Source: a virus
Lineage: Duplodnaviria > Caudoviricetes
IMG/VR virus record: IMGVR_UViG_3300011438_000019
Coordinates: 1-40,892 of that record
Length of the DNA stretch: 40,892 nucleotides
Strand: one strand, 5' to 3'
Shown here: positions 34,536 through 40,892 of the stretch, in pieces
How positions within the stretch are numbered: position 1 is the stretch's first letter
How the letters are laid out: the number at the start of each line of letters is the position of its first letter
Position numbers and translations under genes: made by a program
The notes under the pieces: model-generated
What the model was told of the DNA's origin: nothing
The model's input: only the letters and a program-made list of their open reading frames with translations
Databases searched by the model: none

Positions 34536-35510
34536 TTAAAAGGTCAGGGGGATCTGGCCGTTCGGTAAGAGCTTGGCTGGAGTAGAAGTCGGCCTGAACA
34601 GCATTCTGTTCTTGCCGACGCCGTGCGAGAGTTTCCAGTACTTCCCGAATTCGCAGAGCGAGTGCTCGATGTTCCGCAGCGTGAGCTCTCGGTTAGCGAA
34701 ATACTTGAAATCTAGACCGAGGCGGCTGAAGTGCTTTCGCTGATTGCGCCGAAGATCTTTTATCGCCCTCACCCATTCTTTCCTCTCAGCTCTAAGAGGA
34801 AATATGAGACGGATGCCGACCCTGCATCCCGGACCTGCATTGACCCAGTCGTCCTCGGAGAATGGAATGATCTTCGCATACATCAGATCAATACAGACCT
34901 CGTAGGATATGAACGGGCCGACGCAAGGGATCTCTTGCAGAAGGACGAAGACCTCTTCTAGTGACTTCGCCTTCTTGATCTTCGCATAGAGGAAATGCAG
35001 CATCCGATGGAACTTGTCCAGAACTTCAAAATACTTGTCGAGCTTACTAGCTCCCGCCTTGTTCTGCGGGAGGGTGAGATGAGCATTCGTGAAGACGGAC
35101 TGCGTCTCATGGAGCAGCCGGAGCTCGCCTCGCCATACCATCCCCTCAGATTTCTTCCAAGAGAAAGGAGTAGGGATCCCTACCTTTTCGAAGGTCTCAA
35201 CACGATTGAGAAGGCGGTAGAGAACGATATTCCAGAGCATGTGGACTTCGTCTTGGCGAGTTCTCCAGCTCTTCAGTTTAGTGATGACGTTCTTCATCAG
35301 CCAGATGGTTCCGCGGTCAAGCTCTCGATAGACGTTGGTGAACTTGTAGTCGCGGAGCCACTTGTCCTTCGTCCATGGAGGCGGTTCTTTTTTGATGAAC
35401 CTGCGGAACCAGACCATCTGCCTCTCATAGACGAAGCGGTAGAAGCCAGCGAGATGCTCTTCGATGACTTCTACCTTTGGCATGTTCATCCAAGGCTTGT
35501 CCTTCTTCAT
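34536..35510 (-). CDS. aGPT-Pplase1 / HMUDK-helical family thymine-hypermodification protein (HhH fold)
   Basis: ER......PPPWT.D..L..YKFTNVYRELDRGT; HhH-like IP.VGPF.SYE...D; GPG...G; IEH.LCE..KY. Confidence 0.85.
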   Translation of the reverse strand: MKKDKPWMNMPKVEVIEEHLAGFYRFVYERQMVWFRRFIKKEPPPWTKDKWLRDYKFTNVYRELDRGTIWLMKNVITKLKSWRTRQDEVHMLWNIVLYRLLNRVETFEKVGIPTPFSWKKSEGMVWRGELRLLHETQSVFTNAHLTLPQNKAGASKLDKYFEVLDKFHRMLHFLYAKIKKAKSLEEVFVLLQEIPCVGPFISYEVCIDLMYAKIIPFSEDDWVNAGPGCRVGIRLIFPLRAERKEWVRAIKDLRRNQRKHFSRLGLDFKYFANRELTLRNIEHSLCEFGKYWKLSHGVGKNRMLFRPTSTPAKLLPNGQIPLTF

Positions 35511-35872
35511 GACGGCCTCGAGAAACTGCGTTCCAGACCCTCCACCTGCTCCGCGATCTCCCGGAGCTCCTGAGCCAGCTTGCCTTCCTCTGCGAACTGG
35601 TCGTACATCCCGGCGTCCAGATTCCCTGCGATCTCATTGAGACGTCCAGAGATCTGGAGCTTGTGTTCTTCGTTCTTCCGCTCCTTCTTCTTTCTCCGGC
35701 AGTCGGGGCAGCGGATCGGGAAGGTGTACTTGAACTTCAGGACGAGTTCATCCCACCACGCCTTCTCGCTTTCGAACATCGTCCACGGCTTCTTGCAATC
35801 AATGCAAGGAGGCATGGTGAGCAGAGTGCCACTGTCTCTCGGCTTGTCTCTTCTTCCGGTTCTCTCTTTCAT
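35507..35872 (-). CDS. zinc-ribbon protein (zf-trcl-like)
   Basis: CIDC..W.....E..W.......P.RCPDCR. Confidence 0.75.
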   Translation of the reverse strand: MKERTGRRDKPRDSGTLLTMPPCIDCKKPWTMFESEKAWWDELVLKFKYTFPIRCPDCRRKKKERKNEEHKLQISGRLNEIAGNLDAGMYDQFAEEGKLAQELREIAEQVEGLERSFSRPS

Positions 35873-37302
35873 TATCTACTCCTCAGTCTGGGATGTCGTT
35901 GGAGACGAGGCATCTTTCCCCCACATTCCACGCATCGCAGAATCGGGGTAGAAAAATGTCCCTTCTCAAACGCGACTTCCTTGCCACAGTAGTTACAGAC
36001 TCGCGGATAGTGGAGCACGTTCTTCCATCCACGACGAAAGCATTTGACCTTGATCCTCTCTTGGAAGTTCCCGTACTCCTCCAGAAAGTCCAAGTATGCC
36101 TGCCTCCAAGCGATGTGACGGTAGTGCTGAGCGAGATACTGACCTCGATATTTCTTGATGATCTCAAACAGTCGTTCACATAAGAGACGCGGGTTTCTCA
36201 GATGCTGGACACCCTCCCATTCTTCCTCCCAGATGTGTTTCCTTGCTTTGTAGGGAAGGACAGTGATGCCAGTGACTGCTCCTCGGACGTCGTCTTTCGA
36301 GACGAACAGAGACTCGGCCAGTCGTGGCAGATATTTCCCTGTGCGACCCTTGAGCCAGCTATAGCCGTCGTCCAAGAGCATGATTGTCCCGGAGCTCAGG
36401 TGTTCATAGAAGCGGGAGGATAGCGTAGCGGTCGCCCAGATCCTCTTCCCACCGATATGAATTCCGCAGGCTCCCTTGTTCATCTTCTCTCGCTGCTGAC
36501 CTGGAGGAGCTGCTCCCGGGAAGTGGACTCTCGGCATCATCTCTTGAATCTTGTCAGGCCACTCTCCGTAGATCGCGACTCGTTTGCCCTTGTGGACACC
36601 ATAGTAGTCCGCGAGGTCTCGGACATTGGGATATGACATCCCGGGACGGTGATTGAGAGCATAGACGAGATCCCACTTCGGATTCTTGCGAACCGGAAGG
36701 GGATCTTCAATGCCGAGCATCGCGATAGTGAACGTCTCGACAGGGATGTTGAGCTCTCGGTAGGGACTTCTCCGACCGCCGTAGAGATCCCGGAACGCAT
36801 TCGTCCTGAACGGCTGCGTGAGGATGACCCACGTCTTGTCTTCGGTGAGAGAGAGCGAAGGGGCAAGCCTGTCCCATCCTTGGAGAAAGTAGCTTGGCCC
36901 GAAGCTCTCTGTCGTGAAACAGAAGCCGAGGTCTAGGTCGTGCTGGAAATAGAGCACGAGACCCTTGTACGCTGCGATCTGCATGTTTGCCCTGACCACG
37001 TACGGAAGACCCTCACCTGAGCCATAGAGGAGGCTCTGTGGCCCACATTCCACGACCAGAGCATCCAGACCCTTCACACTTCCGCCTGGAGAGTAGTGGA
37101 GGAGACCGCCGAGCCTGCCCTGCATCTCAGTCAGCTTCGGGATATGACGGTGAGAGATCTCTGTGAGGACGCGTATCTCTACTCCCGACTTGACTAGTCC
37201 CTCCCAGAGCTTCACACGCATCTTCGTTCCACCTGCTCCAGCCCATCCGACCTCTGGAATCAGGTGGAGAAGCTGTCCGTACTTGATCCAGCCGAGTGTC
37301 AT
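35872..37302 (-). CDS. GT-B glycosyltransferase, T4 DNA beta-glucosyltransferase-like, with C-terminal zinc ribbon
   Basis: IYGEW...F.G...LSSRFYEHLSSGTIMLLD resembles the nucleotide-sugar-binding segment of T4 BGT-like enzymes; CNYC/CVEC; start moved to 37302 (ATGA overlap). Confidence 0.65.
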   Translation of the reverse strand: MTLGWIKYGQLLHLIPEVGWAGAGGTKMRVKLWEGLVKSGVEIRVLTEISHRHIPKLTEMQGRLGGLLHYSPGGSVKGLDALVVECGPQSLLYGSGEGLPYVVRANMQIAAYKGLVLYFQHDLDLGFCFTTESFGPSYFLQGWDRLAPSLSLTEDKTWVILTQPFRTNAFRDLYGGRRSPYRELNIPVETFTIAMLGIEDPLPVRKNPKWDLVYALNHRPGMSYPNVRDLADYYGVHKGKRVAIYGEWPDKIQEMMPRVHFPGAAPPGQQREKMNKGACGIHIGGKRIWATATLSSRFYEHLSSGTIMLLDDGYSWLKGRTGKYLPRLAESLFVSKDDVRGAVTGITVLPYKARKHIWEEEWEGVQHLRNPRLLCERLFEIIKKYRGQYLAQHYRHIAWRQAYLDFLEEYGNFQERIKVKCFRRGWKNVLHYPRVCNYCGKEVAFEKGHFSTPILRCVECGGKMPRLQRHPRLRSR

Positions 37303-37610
37303 TTTCTCTTCTTCCCAGCCTGTTTCTTTTCGGCCCTCTCTCGAGCCTTGAGCGCCGTGGCAAGGTCTTCGTATTTCTCGACCGTCAGGCGGATGCAATT
37401 TGAGACTTCCGGGTGGATGACCAGCGTACCATCTGGGGAGGAGACCTGAACAAAGTACGGATCGTTTCCTTTGCTCTCTGAGATGCGGATGAGCCGTTTA
37501 TCTTCACCGACTCCGATTTCGATGGCGATACGATCCGCATCTCCTATGACCGTAGCGTTACGACCTTTCCACGGATTGATGCTATTGAAATTTTGCAGTT
37601 CGATGTTCAT
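37299..37610 (-). CDS. hypothetical protein
   Basis: ATGA-coupled; GGAG RBS. Confidence 0.6.
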   Translation of the reverse strand: MNIELQNFNSINPWKGRNATVIGDADRIAIEIGVGEDKRLIRISESKGNDPYFVQVSSPDGTLVIHPEVSNCIRLTVEKYEDLATALKARERAEKKQAGKKRK

Positions 37611-38209
37611 TCTCCCTCCCCATTCAACACTCTTTTCGCGAGGACTTTGTCATAGTTTTCAGAGTCTTTCTGACAAGCCCCGTTGCAGAAAATCCCTTTG
37701 GAAGTTTTCACAGTTCTCGGCTTCAGAGGATTGCGCTCTCCACAGTAGCCACAGGAAGGTTGTGAAAGTTTTCCAATGAACCTATCTTTTGCCAAAGCCT
37801 TTCCGAAAAGCAAGGCTACCTGTTCCCGAATCTGGGAAGCTTCGCACTTGTGACGGGTGTTTGTATGATAATACATCCCTTCTGACTCATCCCAAGCGAC
37901 AGCTCTCCCCTTCTCACACTCTTCACAGAAGAGATAGAGAAGAGCATTGATGAAGAGAAGATCTTGCGGAATTGCGTGATATCGCTCGTTCGCGTTGGAA
38001 CGTTCGTCTTTCACTTTGAAGCGTTTGGACTTCCGTTCTCGTTCGGACTTCTTTGTCACAAGACCGTTACATTCACAGAGGTTAAATCCCCCAAGAGAAC
38101 CTGGATATTGGACTGGACACGGAGTCTCCGGATCGTCAGTGTGACGGCTGGCAAGATGACCACAGTCCAAACAGCGTTCTCGTGAGTCTTTCTTTTTCAT
38201 TTTCTTCAT
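37607..38209 (-). CDS. Cys/His-rich multi zinc-finger hypothetical protein
   Basis: CLDCGH, CEC, CEEC, CGYC, FCNGAC; start moved to 38209 (AAGGAG RBS, downstream of the terminator). Confidence 0.65.
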   Translation of the reverse strand: MKKMKKKDSRERCLDCGHLASRHTDDPETPCPVQYPGSLGGFNLCECNGLVTKKSERERKSKRFKVKDERSNANERYHAIPQDLLFINALLYLFCEECEKGRAVAWDESEGMYYHTNTRHKCEASQIREQVALLFGKALAKDRFIGKLSQPSCGYCGERNPLKPRTVKTSKGIFCNGACQKDSENYDKVLAKRVLNGEGE

Positions 38210-38231
38210 TTCCTGTCTCCTTATCGGTTCT

Positions 38232-38266
38232 AAAAAGAAAGGAGAGGCGAATTTCTCCGCCTCTCC
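38232..38266 (-). terminator. rho-independent terminator
   Basis: 9-bp stem GGAGAGGCG/CGCCTCTCC followed on the minus strand by TTTCTTTTT. Confidence 0.8.
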
Positions 38267-38313
38267 CAGATTGAGCGATGCAGATTCACTCAGACGGTGC
38301 CACGATTTCGGCT

Positions 38314-39534
38314 CTAGTCTTCGCTCCTCTGCTTCGAACGGATCTTCTTGAAGGCGATGCGCATCTTCTTGCCGAGGAACTCGGCCTTGCCGATGAAGTC
38401 GAACTTGCCCTTGCCCTTCGACTGCCAATCGGCGGTCTTGAGACCGATCTCCTTCAGCTTGTACGCCTTGCCGAGCAGGAGCCGCACGCCGAAGCCCTTG
38501 TCGCGATTCGCTTTCGTGAACCGGACGACTCGACGTCCTCCGATGAGGACGAAGAACTTGTTCGGACCACGCTTTGAGATCTCGCCTTTGAGCTTCTCGT
38601 AACGACTCTTCGCCAGGACTGCCTTGACCGCGGAGGAGTATCCCTTCTTGACCACCTTCTCTTCCTTCGCAGGCTTGGCTTCCTTCTCTTCCCGATGCTT
38701 CCGGCCCTTCTTCTTCTTGTGTTTCTTCACGTCGCTATCCTCCTCCTCACGACGTGCCTTCATGACAGCTTTGCAGTTCGGGGCTTCGATGCAGCGCTGA
38801 CACTCCGGAACGTCGGGGTCATTGTACTTGCCGAAGCAGTCCTCCACTCCGGCCGGAATCGGCGTAGACGGAGCCCGAGGTTTGTACTTGTCGGTGTCGA
38901 TCTGGACGAGGCCCCCTTCGGCCTCGTCCTCGTCTTCATCTTCATCCTCGTCTTCGTCTTCGTCGCCGTCCTCTTCGTCCTCGTCTTCGGACTCTTCATC
39001 TTCGTCTTCGTCCTCCGACTTGGATTTCTTCTTTTTCTTTTTCTTGGACTTGGGCTCGTCTTCGTCCTCGTCTTCCTCTTCCTCGCCCTCATCCTCGTCT
39101 TCGTCCTCATCCTCATCTTCGTCCTTGGACTTTTTCTTCTTTTTCTTTTTGGACTTGGGCTCGTCCTCATCTTCGTCCTCATCTTCTTCCTCGCCCTCGT
39201 CCTCTTCCTCCTCCCCGTCCTCATCCTCGTCTTCGTCTTCGTCCTTGGATTTCTTTTTCTTTTTCTTGGACTTGGGCTTTTCGTCCTCGTCCTCATCCGA
39301 GTCCTCTTCTTCGGAGTCTTCGTCCTCATCCTCCTCAGATTTGTCCTCGTCTTCGTCGCCGTCTTCGGACTCGTCGTCCTCATCCTCGTCGGCGTCACCT
39401 TCCTCCTCGTCCTCGTCTTCATCCTCGGAAGAGGACTCGTCTTCGTCCTCGTCTTCGCGAGAATGCTTGCCCTTCTTTTGCTTGTTCTTCTTTTTCTTGA
39501 TGCCCTTCTCCTTCAGCTTCTTCTTCTTTTTCAT
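38314..39534 (-). CDS. highly acidic/basic disordered protein with Cys motif and basic folded C-terminal domain
   Basis: Start moved to MKKKKKL (39534, ATGA overlap); long D/E + K-block region; CFG...ECQRC....C. Confidence 0.75.
   Translation of the reverse strand: MKKKKKLKEKGIKKKKNKQKKGKHSREDEDEDESSSEDEDEDEEEGDADEDEDDESEDGDEDEDKSEEDEDEDSEEEDSDEDEDEKPKSKKKKKKSKDEDEDEDEDGEEEEDEGEEEDEDEDEDEPKSKKKKKKKSKDEDEDEDEDEDEGEEEEDEDEDEPKSKKKKKKKSKSEDEDEDEESEDEDEEDGDEDEDEDEDEDEDEAEGGLVQIDTDKYKPRAPSTPIPAGVEDCFGKYNDPDVPECQRCIEAPNCKAVMKARREEEDSDVKKHKKKKGRKHREEKEAKPAKEEKVVKKGYSSAVKAVLAKSRYEKLKGEISKRGPNKFFVLIGGRRVVRFTKANRDKGFGVRLLLGKAYKLKEIGLKTADWQSKGKGKFDFIGKAEFLGKKMRIAFKKIRSKQRSED
38920..39460 (-). repeat. 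coding low-complexity repeat: D/E tracts with three PKSK(6-7)SK blocks
   Basis: Directly visible; same unit as in SSB tail. Confidence 0.9.
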
Positions 39535-40130
39535 GCGGACTTTCCTCCATGGAGTAGATGACTTACTCTCCGGATCTGTCGGATACTCCTCCTCATCTTC
39601 GAGGGTGAGATCCTGAGCACGCTCCGGATATGACGTGCTCGAACTCGAAACTGCTTCCATCCGGGAACTCGCTGGCCCTGTGACCTCAGTTTGTTCTTCC
39701 GACAGAAGTCGCGCCAAGCGAATTCAATTACTTGCTCGTCAGGTTCGACGAGCATTTGAAGCAGACGAAATACCTCCGCGTCAAGGTGCGGACGGAATTC
39801 TTCCGCCTTGCTGAGGAGATACTCCCGCGAGTCAGGGACGACATCTGGAATGGAAAGAGCCTCCAATAGTTCTATCTCCGTGCCTTGTCTCTTCTTCTGA
39901 CTGCTGAACCGGATCATCTTCTTGAGACGATTGTACCACGCTCGTTTGAAATATCGGGCGAAGTACATCCCGCCTTCCGGAAAAGACTGGCAGCACTTCA
40001 CTAGAACAAGGAGGCCTTCCGCTTCTAGATCTTCTCTCGACCTGCGGAAGTCGCCCAGAATGCTGTACTTCCTCGCCGTCCAGCGGATGAGACCGCGGAA
40101 CCGACGTAGTGCTACTGTGATGTCATACAT
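39531..40130 (-). CDS. second phage sigma70-like factor
   Basis: LI...ARKY......EDLEAEG.L.L..C...F.....FARYF.....NRL...IR (region-2-like); C-terminal HTH-like segment. Confidence 0.7.
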   Translation of the reverse strand: MYDITVALRRFRGLIRWTARKYSILGDFRRSREDLEAEGLLVLVKCCQSFPEGGMYFARYFKRAWYNRLKKMIRFSSQKKRQGTEIELLEALSIPDVVPDSREYLLSKAEEFRPHLDAEVFRLLQMLVEPDEQVIEFAWRDFCRKNKLRSQGQRVPGWKQFRVRARHIRSVLRISPSKMRRSIRQIRRVSHLLHGGKSA

Positions 40131-40152
40131 GAGCGACTCCCGGTCTCAGCTT

Positions 40153-40533
40153 TCACTTCTTCATCTTGCGTTTGAGCCGTGGGAAACGACGGAGCCCTTT
40201 TCGCAATCGTGGAAAGCGGAGACGCGGGAATCTTTTGATCGCCGCGCTCGCCATCGGTCTGGTCTCCTTTCTCTTCGGTTGGGGATGGACGAAGCTCCAT
40301 TCGACGCGGTATTTTCCGCGAGAGTTTTTAGGACTTCTTGCGCCTCGACTTCCTTCCTTTTCCACGACGACGAACCACCTTCCTCGGGCGGCGTCGTGGA
40401 ATTCTTTTATGAGCTTTACTTTTGGGTCGAGGGCTAGGATACGCTTTGCGTAGGAACTTCTCGGCTCGGAGGATCCTTCGAGGGAAACTTTCTTCTCCGA
40501 CGAGGAACGTGCATCTTGTACATCTGATCTCAT
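40153..40533 (-). CDS. basic protein ending in three RFPRL repeats
   Basis: GGAGG RBS at 40533, but 206-nt overlap with 40328..40810, so the true start may be further downstream (e.g. MASAAIK). Confidence 0.55.
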   Translation of the reverse strand: MRSDVQDARSSSEKKVSLEGSSEPRSSYAKRILALDPKVKLIKEFHDAARGRWFVVVEKEGSRGARSPKNSRGKYRVEWSFVHPQPKRKETRPMASAAIKRFPRLRFPRLRKGLRRFPRLKRKMKK

Positions 40534-40810
40534 TCGGTCCCTCCACGATCATCCGTCCAATCTTGCAGTGACAGACTGATGACGGGACATCTCTGGGAAA
40601 GCGGAGAGGTCTCGGCCAGCGTTTGACGAGCCTCGGTGTCCTGATCGCGATGTTGCCGAACGGCCATTCTTCGCGCTCATAGCCTCGGTCTATATTCCAG
40701 ACCTCAGCCCACGTCGGCTTCATCTTGTAGATCTCGCCTGAAAAGAGATACACCTTATGGACGACTCGCTTCCCGGGAAATAGTTCTTGATGCGCTGTCT
40801 GATGATCCAT
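40328..40810 (-). CDS. basic protein with zinc-ribbon motif
   Basis: AGGAG RBS; CHC...CTRC; Arg/Lys-rich tail. Confidence 0.55.
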   Translation of the reverse strand: MDHQTAHQELFPGKRVVHKVYLFSGEIYKMKPTWAEVWNIDRGYEREEWPFGNIAIRTPRLVKRWPRPLRFPRDVPSSVCHCKIGRMIVEGPNEIRCTRCTFLVGEESFPRRILRAEKFLRKAYPSPRPKSKAHKRIPRRRPRKVVRRRGKGRKSRRKKS

Positions 40811-40868
40811 TCTGGCTGTCTCCTGCGGAAGGAGAAGGAGCGGGGAAGTCTAGACCGCTCCTCTGGAG

Positions 40869-40885
40869 GAATATGAAAGCTCTGC
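40869..40885 (-). promoter_or_regulatory. candidate phage promoter element (GCAGAGCTTTCATATTC)
   Basis: Upstream of the first complete gene; TTTCATATTC identical to the 34513 copy. Confidence 0.35.
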
Positions 40886-40892
40886 TGGAAAC

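Noticed and set aside
1-40892. Stop-codon reassignment
   Set aside because: Core genes are full length under the standard code; TAG, TGA and TAA all end genes at sensible positions; no suppressor anticodon seen.

Overview
A 40.9-kb segment of an uncharacterised large tailed dsDNA phage (Caudoviricetes). Every credible gene is on the minus strand, tightly packed, often with ATGA overlaps and GGAGG-type ribosome binding sites, and uses the standard genetic code. In transcription order (right to left) it carries: a sigma-like factor; a very acidic/basic block-repeat protein; a thymine-hypermodification cluster (T4 beta-glucosyltransferase-like GT-B enzyme, aGPT-Pplase1/HMUDK-helical protein, dUMP hydroxymethylase-like protein, HD nucleotidase, Nmad1/DUF1599-like protein); two non-canonical tRNA-like genes; a replication/recombination block (UDG-fused family A DNA polymerase, UvsY-like, gp32-like SSB, RecA/UvsX, 5'-3' exonuclease, ACP, Mre11/Rad50); a second sigma-like factor, a Mor-type activator and a resolvase; a packaging block (TerS, TerL split into two genes around two nuclease genes, portal); and about 25 small orphan genes around a GA/TC-rich non-coding island. 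The main unexplained signals are (1) a peptide motif, RFPR, in frame 9 times in 7 unrelated proteins, mostly at termini and written with varied synonymous codons; (2) an identical charge-block repeat (DEDEPKSKKKKKKKSK) shared by the SSB and an unrelated protein 12 kb away; (3) the intron-less, intein-less split terminase; (4) the hmU pathway paired with a glycosyltransferase; (5) tRNA-like genes whose anticodon loops are atypical or do not match their acceptor identity. All calls come from reading motifs by eye; no searches were run.
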